Shown here piece after piece: positions 52,901 through 62,398 of a stretch of DNA of 64,000 bases; position 1 is the stretch's first letter, and each line of letters opens with the position of its first letter. Position numbers and translations under genes: made by a program. This stretch comes from Prevotella sp. CAG:755 (lineage in GTDB: Bacteria > Bacteroidota > Bacteroidia > Bacteroidales > Bacteroidaceae): contig OZ006989.1 in the NCBI GenBank assembly GCA_963931215.1, positions 1,183,816 to 1,247,815 on the forward strand. The letters run 5' to 3'. The notes below the pieces were generated by a model. That model saw nothing but the letters and a program-made list of their open reading frames with translations, had not been told where the DNA came from and ran no database searches.

Positions 52901-53326
52901 ACGCGAGACGGCGAGACATGGATCGAACTCGGCGAGCTCACCGGCGCAGTCACCAGCTTCTCGCTGGCTGACGCACACTGCACCGACGCCATCGCCGTCA
53001 AGCTCAGATGGACCGGAGCGTCGCCCATTGTCCACGAAATCTGTGAAGAAGCCAGCACAGTTCCCGTAGGCATCGACAAACCGACTGCCGTCACAGGGTC
53101 GGCCGAAGGCATTGAACTCACGAACAATGGTGGACGCCTGACTGTGAAATCCAACGACGCTATCAAGTCTGTTGCCATTTATGGCATAGACGGACGCGTA
53201 CTGGCCAACGTGAACGCCCACGGCAAGAGTCTCATTACGCTTCCCCGTGTCGCTTCACAGATTGCCTTGGTCAACGTCAAGACAAACAGCGGGCAAAGCG
53301 CGTCATACAAAGTCAGCATCAACTGA
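49904..53326 (+). CDS. GH84 O-GlcNAcase/hyaluronidase-like protein with F5/8-type modules and a T9SS-type C-terminal domain
   Basis: RGLVEGYYG, YLYGAKSDPYH, WAIHPG, FGVFTDD, WWNYP.ND, NPM; C-terminal IYGIDGR..VNVK..YKV. Confidence 0.88.
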   Translation: MKRHVIPVCLLWAMGGLCTVPAYADEVYTIYPVPQEQIAVDGQVSLTPTVNIVCDPTIDQYTKDRAQEVLTAHGITVSFTDAAVSGQTNIYLGVAGSEGVADQKATELGIDRSVLTKAGKFDRHIVSLTSDGANAQLVILGENTDATFYGLASLEQMLDKGTENLPCVTINDYADQQSRGLVEGYYGYPYSVAVKKDIMKFMARYKLNTYLYGAKSDPYHSGYYLDPYPTTITEQQEKNGWLTQDMFKELTSTAHATKVSFIWAIHPGLNTKTDQDVTDVMNKFKLMYDLGVRQFGVFTDDAGGYDNPDNFPLYTQFFTNLQNQIDATWNTPGAAPADTVKPLHYVPHVYNLTWTNQANRQAYFKALSEIPEKIVFYTTGYGVWTVPNNNDLNTMKNEFGRDVAWWWNYPCNDNGRSDSQIFPSDMYSNFIDMTQVNDNSRMPTSLEHCAGVLSNPMQQGEISKIALFSVADYAWNNDGFDNMKSWEAAIPAIISEDYAPAFRTLAPYLRDNDPSELTTLIQRYKTSIERGQEADAASLKAKMDEIIAACETVAGMETSEVESDRLFFNDLRPWLNLVHDMATTVNDFLEAKDVDNLTDKWTAYLAAQKKANAFATDSRYTVETLESMGTDPKVGRYQVNASAVTLKPFVTEWMGSKAFNDMFPERQSIDAPTAYTTADGITPPRVQSNQAGVCMATSTTYTLAPGDLLAIQLVAPVHVYNLTVADTVYDHFDVVHSQNGKTWNTLAKGAVLDTPCKYIGLRNKTNAPQPLRPNRATFRFEIPQPATVSGATIPSGEVWQNHTSNYLYDGDYSTFCVLNRNQINNDAYQITLSKATPVYDVRVCVGTTNGDYMNSAFVQTSNDGQRWTTLRIKGTNITNFTMENENVVKYSDEMSYCDFEADGDSIRYVRLLVRNANTSKWLRLYEIEVNKLYNEFGEVPTAMTNTGIGVTEVFDNQPSTYYSSPRTGELTYNLQHPNLVDNVTVFVDASSDYDATVTATRDGETWIELGELTGAVTSFSLADAHCTDAIAVKLRWTGASPIVHEICEEASTVPVGIDKPTAVTGSAEGIELTNNGGRLTVKSNDAIKSVAIYGIDGRVLANVNAHGKSLITLPRVASQIALVNVKTNSGQSASYKVSIN

Positions 53327-53801
53327 CACCGACAGCCCCCTACCCGCAACACCACACAGACTCCCGCCCGCGCGCCACACAGCCGGGCGGGAGTTTTTAT
53401 GTCCCGGACGGCAAGGAGTGTCCGGCGCCAACCTCCCGGCGGTCAGCTCCGAGGCGTCCCCGCACCTGCTGAAAGGCACAGCTGCCCCGCACATTGCCGG
53501 CACCGGGCGTGCGGACTTCGGCGCACGCGCTGGCAGGACAACACATGGCCTGCCCGTTTTTCCGACCGCAGTGACCGGATTTTCAGTCAGGGCGACGGAA
53601 AATCCGATCGGCCGCCCCTGCCTTCCACGCCGCCAGCCCCGCAATCGTATCAGCACAGCCGCGGAAAAATCAAGTTCCGCCACACGTCCCGCCCCCGCCA
53701 CGACACATTTTGAAGAGTTTACTCAAAATTTCCAGGAATATGATTTGGAACTTTAAGAGGAATGTCGTATCTTTGCACCGCGTTTGAGAGAAAACGCGGA
53801 A

Positions 53802-53888
53802 GGAAGTTTGGGTGAGTGGCTTAAACCAGCAGTTTGCTAAACTGCCGTGCGAGTAATCGTACCAGGAGTTCGAATCTCCTAGCTTCCG
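53802..53888 (+). tRNA. tRNA-Ser(GCT)
   Basis: GGAAGTT/AGCTTCC, GCAGT-TT-GCT-AA-ACTGC, long variable arm. Confidence 0.95.
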
Positions 53889-53898
53889 CGAACATAAT

Positions 53899-53970
53899 GG
53901 CGCTTTCATCTAACGGTTAGGATACATGCCTCTCACGCATGGTATACGGGTTCGATTCCCGTAGGCGCTA
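53899..53970 (+). tRNA. tRNA-Glu(CTC)
   Basis: CATGC-CT-CTC-AC-GCATG, GGTTCGATTCC. Confidence 0.92.
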
Positions 53971-54085
53971 CACTGGCTCTGACGCCCCATCGGGCATCAG
54001 AGCTTTTTTCATGCCGCCGGAACTCGCAGGAGACGACGGCGGCCTGCATCTTCAACCCACACAAACGTAACGACACAACCGCGCC

Positions 54086-55399
54086 ATGCCCACAGCAAAT
54101 CCCAGCCGCCGCCGTCCGCGCCGCAACGGTCTTCTGGCCCTTACCCCACTCATGCTCTTTGCCCTGCTTTTTGTCGGCACAAGCCTGGCCGCCGCCGACT
54201 TCTATGCCATCCCCATGTCCGTCGTGTTCATCGTCACTACGGCCTATGCACTGGCCATCACGCGCGGCATTGCCACAGACAAGCGGCTGGCTGTCTTCAC
54301 GCGCGGAGCCAGCGACGCCAACATCATGACGATGGTGTGGATATTCGTTCTGGCAGGCGCCTTCTCGGCCTCGGCCCAAGACATGGGAGCCATCGACGCC
54401 ACAGTGGCCTTGGCACGCAATCTGTTGCCGGCAGATTTCTTGCTGGCCGGACTCTTTCTGGCCTCATGCTTCGTGTCGATAAGCATCGGCACTTCGGTCG
54501 GGACGGTTGTCACCCTCGTTCCCATAGCTGCGGGGCTGGCACCGGCACTCGGCGCCGACCTTGCGCTGACAGTGGCCGTGGTGACCGGAGGCGCCTTCTT
54601 CGGCGACAACCTCTCGTTCATCTCGGACACGACCGTGGTGGCCACCCGCACTCAGGAGTGCCGCCTTGACGACAAATTCAAAGTCAACTTCCGCATCGTG
54701 CTTCCCGCCGCCCTGCTCACGTTGGCCTTCTATACCTACCTTGGCTTCCAGAACCAAGCTCCGGCACAAGCCATTCCGGACTATGATCTCCTGAAAGTCA
54801 TGCCGTATGTGGCTGTACTGGTCATGGCGCTTTGTGGAATGAACGTGCTTTTCGTACTCGCCATAGGCAACCTACTCACCGGACTTGTCGGCCTGCTGGA
54901 CACTGACGGTTTTTCGGTCGTCAGCTGGTTTGCCTCGATGGGCAAAGGCATCACGTCGATGGGCGAGCTGATCATCATTTCCATGATAGCCGGCGGCCTG
55001 CTTGAGCTCATTCGCTACAATGGCGGCATCACCTACATGATGCGCGCCATCACGCGACACGTCAACGGAAAGCGTGGCGCGGAATTTTCGATAGCCGCGC
55101 TCGTCGGGTTAGCCAACCTTTGCACGGCCAACAATACGGTGGCCATCCTTTCTGTCGGCAAGCTGGCCAAACACATCGCCGAGCGATACGGGGTGGACAA
55201 ACGGAAGAGCGCCAGCGTGCTGGACACCGTCTCCTGCTGTGTGCAAGGCGTACTGCCCTACGGGGCACAGTTGCTCATGGCGGCTGGCTTGTCCGGCCTC
55301 AGCCCGGTAGGCATTGTGCCCTACCTGTACTACCCGATGCTCGTAGGTTTATGCACGATAGCCAGCATCGCATTTCGCTACCCCCGGAAGTACAGTTAA
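54086..55399 (+). CDS. Na+/H+ antiporter NhaC family protein
   Basis: SIGTSVGT, GGAFFGDNLSFISDTT, multiple TM helices. Confidence 0.9.
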   Translation: MPTANPSRRRPRRNGLLALTPLMLFALLFVGTSLAAADFYAIPMSVVFIVTTAYALAITRGIATDKRLAVFTRGASDANIMTMVWIFVLAGAFSASAQDMGAIDATVALARNLLPADFLLAGLFLASCFVSISIGTSVGTVVTLVPIAAGLAPALGADLALTVAVVTGGAFFGDNLSFISDTTVVATRTQECRLDDKFKVNFRIVLPAALLTLAFYTYLGFQNQAPAQAIPDYDLLKVMPYVAVLVMALCGMNVLFVLAIGNLLTGLVGLLDTDGFSVVSWFASMGKGITSMGELIIISMIAGGLLELIRYNGGITYMMRAITRHVNGKRGAEFSIAALVGLANLCTANNTVAILSVGKLAKHIAERYGVDKRKSASVLDTVSCCVQGVLPYGAQLLMAAGLSGLSPVGIVPYLYYPMLVGLCTIASIAFRYPRKYS

Positions 55400-55460
55400 A
55401 ACAAGCCGCGGCCTCCACCGGAAGAGTGTAGGCCGCGGCTCATCAGAAGGGGGGGAGGGC

Positions 55461-56906
55461 TTATTCAAGATCCCTGTCGCCTTCCTCCATCCTCTTCCGG
55501 GCCGCTGCGACATACTGCGAGGGGTCCAAGCCGGGAAACACGTTCTGGAAGAGGTCACGTGCGCGGTCCGGACTCAGTTCGCAGGCTTTTTCCAAAAATT
55601 GGAGGTACTCCCGTGTGTGTCCGAGTTTACGGCTGACATATGCACGATAGGCATACAGTCCTTTCCCGGCTATGCCGTCTTCATTTTCCAGGCGTTCAAG
55701 CATACGCGAAGCCATCTCGGCATAACCATAATCTGACAACACGAGCGTGAGGTGCAACCGCACACTGACGTCGGCCTGCCCGTCATCGAACAGGCGGGCT
55801 GCCCGTTGCAAGGCCTCCTGCTCGCGACCGTCGGCAAAGTCGTTGTGCACATACTGCAAGTCCAACAGCGAGGCATCGCCCCCCAGACGGACAACCTGTT
55901 CAAGGCATGAGAGGGTTTCCGCTTCGTCGCCCAACAGGCTGTAAGCATAGGCCAGCTGCCGGTAAATGTCAAGCAGGTAGTCCGTCGAGCCACCAGGACT
56001 GAGGCTTCCGGCCTTTTTCAGGCGCACCAGCGCCTCTTCGGGCCGTGACAAGGCATTCAGGCACATGCCGTCGAGCAACAGGAAATCGACGTCGCTGCCA
56101 TGAAGTTCCAACCCGGACGACAACACCTCATGAACAGCTGCGTAATCATGCAATTCGTAGAGGCTCTTGGCTTTCACGCGCAGGGCCGAGACATCTTGCG
56201 GCCAGATGGCCAGTGCATAGTCCGCGCTATCGACGGCTTTCCGGTATTCCTGCTTCTCGAACTGCGCGCTGGCCAACACGCCCCAACATGCGCCGTCGTA
56301 CGGGTCCAAATCCAGACATTGATTGGCGACAGCCACACTATCATCATACCGCCCTGACTGCAAATGGCAGAGCGACAGCAAATAGTAGTAGTAAGCCCGG
56401 TCAAACTTCAAGTCTTTCAGTTTGGCCAGCCAGGCAGCCGCCCGTTTGGGCTGCTCGTAGTCAAGAAGCAGGGCCGCCACGTCGAGCACATCGTCGATAT
56501 CTTCCAAGTCGCCGGACGCCGTGAAGTTTTCGCCAAGATAGCTGTCGGCCTTTTCAAACTCAAAATTATACAACAGTATCTCGGCGTGCAGCAACTTCGC
56601 GTTGTAGTCTTCGGCGTCGTGGATGGAGGCCTCGACATTCTGGGCCTCTTGGATGTTCCCCTCGTCGATGTACTTCTTCGCCAGCTGGACGAGCAGGCGC
56701 GTATGATCAGGATGGAGGGTCAAAGCGTAGGCCACACACGCGTCGGCCTCGTCCAGGCGGTCGCGCGAGAGGTAGTAATCGACGATGTCGGCAAAGTCGT
56801 CGGCATCGAGATAAACGTGCTGACCGTCCGCACATGCCTCCTCGTAACGGCGGAGGACGCGCTTGAACTCTGGGTCGTCATAATACGACGTGCTGCTACT
56901 CATCAA
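55461..56906 (-). CDS. Tetratricopeptide repeat protein
   Basis: Repeated TPR-like helical pairs; acidic N-terminus YLDADDFADIVDYY. Confidence 0.85.
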   Translation of the reverse strand: MMSSSTSYYDDPEFKRVLRRYEEACADGQHVYLDADDFADIVDYYLSRDRLDEADACVAYALTLHPDHTRLLVQLAKKYIDEGNIQEAQNVEASIHDAEDYNAKLLHAEILLYNFEFEKADSYLGENFTASGDLEDIDDVLDVAALLLDYEQPKRAAAWLAKLKDLKFDRAYYYYLLSLCHLQSGRYDDSVAVANQCLDLDPYDGACWGVLASAQFEKQEYRKAVDSADYALAIWPQDVSALRVKAKSLYELHDYAAVHEVLSSGLELHGSDVDFLLLDGMCLNALSRPEEALVRLKKAGSLSPGGSTDYLLDIYRQLAYAYSLLGDEAETLSCLEQVVRLGGDASLLDLQYVHNDFADGREQEALQRAARLFDDGQADVSVRLHLTLVLSDYGYAEMASRMLERLENEDGIAGKGLYAYRAYVSRKLGHTREYLQFLEKACELSPDRARDLFQNVFPGLDPSQYVAAARKRMEEGDRDLE

Positions 56907-56933
56907 TGTTTTCTCCCAACTGCTTTTGTTCGT

Positions 56934-58643
56934 TTACTTCTTACCATTCCGGCTCCCCCATGTGTCTTTCAGGTTCACCGTGCGGTTGAATACAAGATGG
57001 CCAGGCGCAGAATGCGTGTCGGCAAAGAAATAGCCGATGCGCTGGAACTGCAAATAAGTCCCGGCAGGAAGCCCGGCCACGTATTGTTCCACATAACAGT
57101 TGCCGAGCACGGTCAGCGAATCGGGATTGAGCAACTCACGGAAATCGCGCTCGTCGGCCGCAGGGTTCTCGACGTTGAAAAGACGGTCATAGAGGCGCAC
57201 CTCGGCAGGCAGACAGTGGCGGGCGCTCACCCAATGAAGCGTCCCCTTCACCTTCCGGTTCGCCCCGGCCAGGCCGCTACGGCTTTCGGGGTCATATTCG
57301 CAGTAGATTTCCTCCACTTCGCCGCTGGCATTTTTCTTGCACCCCGTACACTTCACGATGTAAGCGTTCTTCAACCGCACCTCCTTGCCCGGGACCATAC
57401 GGAAGAAGTTCTTGGGCGCCTCTTCCATAAAGTCGTCGCGCTCCATCCAGAGTTCGCGGCTGAAAGTGATGGTGTGCGTTCCGTCGGCAGGATTTTCGGG
57501 GTTGTTGACGGCTTCCATCTCTTCGCTCCGGCCCTCAGGATAATTCGTCACCACAAGCTTGACAGGCCGCAACACAGCCGAGACACGGGTGGCCCGGCTG
57601 TTCAGGTCCTCACGGGCGGCAGCCTCGAGCATGGCATAGTCGTTCAGCGCGTCGAACTTGGTGTAGCCGATCATGTCGATGAACTTGCGGACCGCCTCGG
57701 GCGAGAAGCCCCGGCGGCGGAGCCCGCAGACCGTCGGCATGCGCGGATCGTCCCATCCGTCGACAAGGCCTTCCTTCACGAGGGCGAGCAGCTTGCGCTT
57801 GCTCATGACGGTATAGGTCAGATTCAGGCGGTTGAACTCATATTGCCGGGGGCGATGGTCTTCAAGGTCACGGCCCTCCTTCAGCTCGTCGATGAAATAG
57901 TCGTAGAGCGGGCGGTGAGGGATGAATTCCAACGTGCAGATCGAGTGCGTCACGCCCTCGAAGAAATCGCTCTGCCCGTGTGCGAAATCATACATGGGGT
58001 AGGCTTTCCACTGCGTGCCGGTGCGATGGTGCTCTTTGTTGATGATGCGGTAGATGATAGGGTCGCGGAAGTGCATGTTGGGATTGGCCATGTCGATCTT
58101 GGCACGCAAGACCATGGCCCCTTCGGGAATTTCGCCTGTATTCATCTTTTCGAAAAGCGCGAGGCTCTCCTCGACAGGCCTGTCGCGGAAGGGGCTTTCC
58201 ACGCCCGGCTGCGTCGGCGTCCCCTTCTGCTCGGCGATCTGCTCGCTCGTCTGCTCGTCGACATAAGCCTTGCCCTCCTTGATGAGCCGGACGGCGAAGT
58301 CCCAAAGCTGCTGGAAATAGTCCGAGGCATAATAGACATGCCCCCAGTGGAAGCCAAGCCATTCGATGTCTTTTTTGATGGCTTCGACATATTCCGTGTC
58401 CTCCTTCTGCGGATTCGTGTCGTCAAAACGCAAATTGCAGACACCGCCATATTTTTGCGCAATGCCGAAATCCATGCAGATTGCTTTGGCATGGCCGATG
58501 TGGAGGTAGCCGTTGGGCTCAGGCGGGAAGCGTGTCTGCAAACGCCCGTCGTTTTTTCCGGCTTTCAGGTCGGCCTCAACTATTTGTTCGATAAAGTTCA
58601 GACTTTTCTTGTCTTTCGCTGCGATAACGCTCTTGTCTTCCAT
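56934..58643 (-). CDS. glnS: Glutamine--tRNA ligase
   Basis: RFPPEPNGYLHIGH, RFDDTNP, YPMYDFAH, CTLEF, MSKR. Confidence 0.97.
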   Translation of the reverse strand: MEDKSVIAAKDKKSLNFIEQIVEADLKAGKNDGRLQTRFPPEPNGYLHIGHAKAICMDFGIAQKYGGVCNLRFDDTNPQKEDTEYVEAIKKDIEWLGFHWGHVYYASDYFQQLWDFAVRLIKEGKAYVDEQTSEQIAEQKGTPTQPGVESPFRDRPVEESLALFEKMNTGEIPEGAMVLRAKIDMANPNMHFRDPIIYRIINKEHHRTGTQWKAYPMYDFAHGQSDFFEGVTHSICTLEFIPHRPLYDYFIDELKEGRDLEDHRPRQYEFNRLNLTYTVMSKRKLLALVKEGLVDGWDDPRMPTVCGLRRRGFSPEAVRKFIDMIGYTKFDALNDYAMLEAAAREDLNSRATRVSAVLRPVKLVVTNYPEGRSEEMEAVNNPENPADGTHTITFSRELWMERDDFMEEAPKNFFRMVPGKEVRLKNAYIVKCTGCKKNASGEVEEIYCEYDPESRSGLAGANRKVKGTLHWVSARHCLPAEVRLYDRLFNVENPAADERDFRELLNPDSLTVLGNCYVEQYVAGLPAGTYLQFQRIGYFFADTHSAPGHLVFNRTVNLKDTWGSRNGKK

Positions 58644-58809
58644 TTTCTTTCAATACAGTTTTTGGAGTGTAAAAGTACTGCTTTTTTTTTGCCTGTCCCT
58701 CTTTGGATCATAGATTTGAGGTAAAAAAATTCTCCGATTGGCAAAAGAGCGGTCCTCCGCCACGGCTTCGCGCCCCGCGCCATGGGCCAGCCATCCCCCA
58801 GCTGGGGAT

Positions 58810-59989
58810 AGGCTGACAGCGCGCAGCGCGGTGCATTTTACGTTTTACGTTTTTACGTTTTTACGCTCCCCGCGCGCGCGATGAACGACAAAAAAGCGGC
58901 GCCCCTGTGCGGAGCACCGCTTGCGAGAGAGCCAACGCATTTGTCACAAAGGCGGATAGCGGGCTGAGCGTCCGGCGTTGAACGCCTCGGGCGAAGTGGT
59001 GATGTCGCCGACCACCATCATTGGCGTGCGGCAGAGCAGGCGCCACAGGCTTTTGCGCGGCCCTGCCACATGGCCTGCGGCCACCACGACAAAGGCCGAG
59101 AGCCTCGTGTCGAACACCACGGCGTAGCGCAGGCGGCTTCCCGGGCGGCAGGGGGCATTATGGGATGAAACTTTTCGTGGACTACGACCTGACACCGCTG
59201 CCGAGCCGGGGCAGCCGGGAGTGGATGAGCGCGCTGGCGGCAGGGGCGGCGTTCATGGTCACGTTCTGAACAAACGGGGCCCGCCCCATGCCATGCACAG
59301 GCGCGCCGCACCTCACGGCCGGGCAGCCTTTATATATACCCGCATCTGCTCCCCGTCGTCGCCCCTTGCCATGCACAGGTGCCCCCAGCCGTAGCGCTCG
59401 TAAAACGACGTGTGCTCCGTGATGAGGTAGAGCGTGCCGACACCCCTTGCCGCCATGTCCTCGCAGATGTGCTCCAGCAAAAGCCCAGCGATACCGCAGC
59501 GCCGCAACTCCGGCTCGACATACAGGGCACAGACGTTCGGCGCCAGGTCCTTGCGGTCATGAAAATCATTGGTGATCACGCCGGCTCCGGCCACAATCCG
59601 CCCCGGCTCCACGCCGGTCACGATGTACCACTGCGGGACAGGCGCAGCTCCACGGATACATTCATCAATGCTCGCCAGATATTCCTCCAAAGGGATTCCC
59701 CATCTCGCCGCGAACCAGCGCGCCGCCGGCATGCGCCATCTGGGCTGCGAACGGAGGGAGATGATGTCGTATTTGTCCACCGGTATAAAAAAAGAATTTT
59801 CAGAGCCGCGAAAATAGCGAAAAAAAAGGAAAACAAAGAAAAGGGATGACGCCATTCCCTTCTCCCTCCCCCGGGGGCCGCCCTGCGTGAAAAATGCGGA
59901 GCGGCCCTTTTTTTTCGCGCGCGGGAGCGTAAAAGCGTAAAACGTAAAACGTAAAACGTAAAATGCGCTGCGCAGCGCGCTGTCCGCCT
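58810..59989. repeat. ~70-bp imperfect inverted repeats containing (TTTTACG)n, flanking a ~1-kb segment
   Basis: 58810-58881 and the reverse complement of 59915-59989 share AGGC.GACAGCGCGC.GCGC.G.GCA(TTTTACG)n..CTCCC..GCGCGCGA. Confidence 0.75.
59313..59780 (-). CDS. GNAT family N-acetyltransferase
   Basis: AARWF..WGIPLEEY, NDFHDRKDL.PNVCALYVEPELRRCGIAG, FYERYGW; probable GTG start at 59780. Confidence 0.85.
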   Translation of the reverse strand: MDKYDIISLRSQPRWRMPAARWFAARWGIPLEEYLASIDECIRGAAPVPQWYIVTGVEPGRIVAGAGVITNDFHDRKDLAPNVCALYVEPELRRCGIAGLLLEHICEDMAARGVGTLYLITEHTSFYERYGWGHLCMARGDDGEQMRVYIKAARP

Positions 59990-60126
59990 TCACTCATACA
60001 GGGCCCCCCGCCCAGCTCTTCCAGCCCCGCCTGCCGTCCCTGCCGGCTGCCGGGGGATGCATTCTGCCGCAATTATTTCGTCCATTCCGCAGGAAATTCG
60101 TAAGTTTGCACAAAAACATCGAAACG

Positions 60127-61080
60127 ATGGGGATATTTAGCTTTTTTTCGAAGAAAGAGAAGAAAGAAGTGCTCGACGCCGGCCTTGAAAAAACCAAAGC
60201 CAGCGTGTTCAGCAAGCTCACCCGAGCCATCGCCGGGAAGTCGAAAGTAGACGACGAAGTGCTCGACAACCTCGAAGAGGTGCTCATCTCGTCGGACGTA
60301 GGCGTCGACACCACGCTCGAAATCATCGGCCGCATCCAAGAGCGCGTGGCGCGCGACAAATACGTAAGCACGGCTGAGCTCGGGCGCATCCTGCGCGAAG
60401 AGGTGGCCGCCCTCCTGGCCTCGCACGAGACGGCGCCCGCCGCCACCGGCGCCCCGAAGCCCTACGTCATCATGGTCGTAGGCGTCAACGGAGTGGGCAA
60501 GACCACAACCATCGGCAAGCTCGCCTACCTCTTCACGCAGGCCGGGAAGAAGGTTTACCTCGGCGCCGCCGACACGTTCCGCGCCGCTGCCGTCGAACAA
60601 CTCTGCATCTGGGGCGAGCGGGTGGGCGTCCCCGTCGTCAAGCAACAGATGGGCAGCGACCCGGCCAGCGTGGCTTTCGACACGCTCAACTCGGCCGTGG
60701 CGGGCGGGGCCGACGTCGTGCTCATCGACACGGCCGGACGCCTGCACAACAAGGTGGGGCTCATGAACGAGCTCACGAAGATAAAGAAAGTGATGCAGAA
60801 AGTCGTGCCGGACGCCCCGCACGAAGTCCTCCTCGTGCTCGACGGCTCGACAGGACAGAACGCCTTCGAACAGGCAAAACAGTTCACCCGCGCCACCGAA
60901 GTCACCGCCCTGGCCATCACCAAACTCGACGGCACAGCGAAGGGAGGCGTGGTCATCGGCATATCCAACCAACTGAAAGTGCCCGTCAAATACATCGGTC
61001 TCGGCGAGAAAATGACCGACCTGCAACCCTTTGACAGCCGCGAGTTCGTCGACTCGCTCTTTGGCGACACCCAATTATGA
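60127..61080 (+). CDS. ftsY: Signal recognition particle receptor
   Basis: GVNGVGKTTT, DTFRAAA, DTAGR, TKLDGTAKGG. Confidence 0.96.
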   Translation: MGIFSFFSKKEKKEVLDAGLEKTKASVFSKLTRAIAGKSKVDDEVLDNLEEVLISSDVGVDTTLEIIGRIQERVARDKYVSTAELGRILREEVAALLASHETAPAATGAPKPYVIMVVGVNGVGKTTTIGKLAYLFTQAGKKVYLGAADTFRAAAVEQLCIWGERVGVPVVKQQMGSDPASVAFDTLNSAVAGGADVVLIDTAGRLHNKVGLMNELTKIKKVMQKVVPDAPHEVLLVLDGSTGQNAFEQAKQFTRATEVTALAITKLDGTAKGGVVIGISNQLKVPVKYIGLGEKMTDLQPFDSREFVDSLFGDTQL

Positions 61081-61084
61081 CCCC

Positions 61085-62398
61085 ATGAAGAAGCAAACCG
61101 TCGACATCATCACAATGGGCTGCTCGAAAAACCTTGTCGACTCCGAGCACCTCCTCCGTCAGCTCGAAGCCCTCGGCTACAAGGCCTATCACAACCCCGA
61201 AGAGACCCATGGCGGCATCGCCGTGGTCAACACCTGCGGCTTCATCGGCGACGCCAAGGAAGAGAGCATCAACATGATCCTCGAGCTCTGCCAGCTCAAG
61301 GAAGAAGGCCGGCTCAGCCGCGTCTACGTGATGGGCTGCCTCTCCGAACGCTACTTCGAGGAACTGGGCGAGGAAATCCCACAGGTCGACAAGTTCTACG
61401 GCAAGTTCAACTGGCCCGACCTGCTGCGCGACCTCGGCGAACGTTATGACGAGGACATCGCCCTCGAACGTGTCCTGACCACCCCGCCCCACTATGCCTA
61501 CGTCAAGATTTCGGAAGGATGCGACCGCAAGTGCGCCTACTGCGCCATCCCCATCATCACCGGGCACCACATCAGCCGCCCCATCGACGAGATCCTCGAC
61601 GAGGTGCGCAGCCTCGTGGCCCGCGGCGTGAGGGAATTCCAGATCATCGCACAAGAACTCACTTACTACGGTGTCGACCGCTACGGCCGCCAGCGCCTGC
61701 CCGAACTCATCGACCGCATGGCCGGCATCCCCGGGGTCGAATGGATACGCCTGCATTACGCCTACCCCGCCCGTTTCCCGATGGACCTGTTGCCCGTGAT
61801 GCGCCGCCACCCCAACGTATGCCGCTACCTCGACATCGCCCTCCAGCACATCAGCGACGGCGTCCTCAGCCGCATGCGCCGCCACACCACCAAGGCCGAG
61901 ACCTACGAGCTCATCCGCCAGCTCCGCGAACAGGTGCCCGGCATCGCCATCCGCACCACGCTCATGGTCGGTTTCCCCGGCGAGACCGACGAGGAATTTG
62001 CCGAACTCGTCGACTTCGTCCGAACCGTACGCTTCGACCGCATGGGCGCCTTTGCTTACAGCGAGGAAGAGGGCACCTATGCCGCCGAACACTACACCGA
62101 CGACGTCCCCCAAGAGGTCAAGCAACAGCGCCTCGACACCCTGATGGAACTGCAAGCCGGCATCTCGGCCGAACTCGGCGAGGCCAAAGTGGGCCAGACG
62201 CTCCGCACAGTCATCGATCGCGTCGAAGGCAATTTCTACGTCGGACGCACCGAATTCGACTCGCCCGAAGTCGATGGCGAAGTCCTCATCCCCATGAACG
62301 GCACGCCGCTCACAGTGGGCCGCTTCTATCCCGTCACCATCCAAAGCGCCGACGAGTACGATCTCTACGGCACCGTCGCACAAGAATCAGCCTCATGA
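61085..62398 (+). CDS. rimO: Ribosomal protein S12 methylthiotransferase
   Basis: MGCSKNLVDSE, NTCGFI, ISEGCDRKCAYC, DSPEVDG TRAM domain. Confidence 0.95.
   Translation: MKKQTVDIITMGCSKNLVDSEHLLRQLEALGYKAYHNPEETHGGIAVVNTCGFIGDAKEESINMILELCQLKEEGRLSRVYVMGCLSERYFEELGEEIPQVDKFYGKFNWPDLLRDLGERYDEDIALERVLTTPPHYAYVKISEGCDRKCAYCAIPIITGHHISRPIDEILDEVRSLVARGVREFQIIAQELTYYGVDRYGRQRLPELIDRMAGIPGVEWIRLHYAYPARFPMDLLPVMRRHPNVCRYLDIALQHISDGVLSRMRRHTTKAETYELIRQLREQVPGIAIRTTLMVGFPGETDEEFAELVDFVRTVRFDRMGAFAYSEEEGTYAAEHYTDDVPQEVKQQRLDTLMELQAGISAELGEAKVGQTLRTVIDRVEGNFYVGRTEFDSPEVDGEVLIPMNGTPLTVGRFYPVTIQSADEYDLYGTVAQESAS

Noticed and set aside
58890-59311. Short ORFs inside the inverted-repeat segment (58944-59195 minus, 59021-59269 plus)
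   Set aside because: No convincing start or motif; could be gene debris, so not called.
58836-59963. TTTTACG tandem units as a CRISPR array
   Set aside because: 6-7-bp units with no spacers and no cas genes; no CRISPR array seen anywhere in the window.
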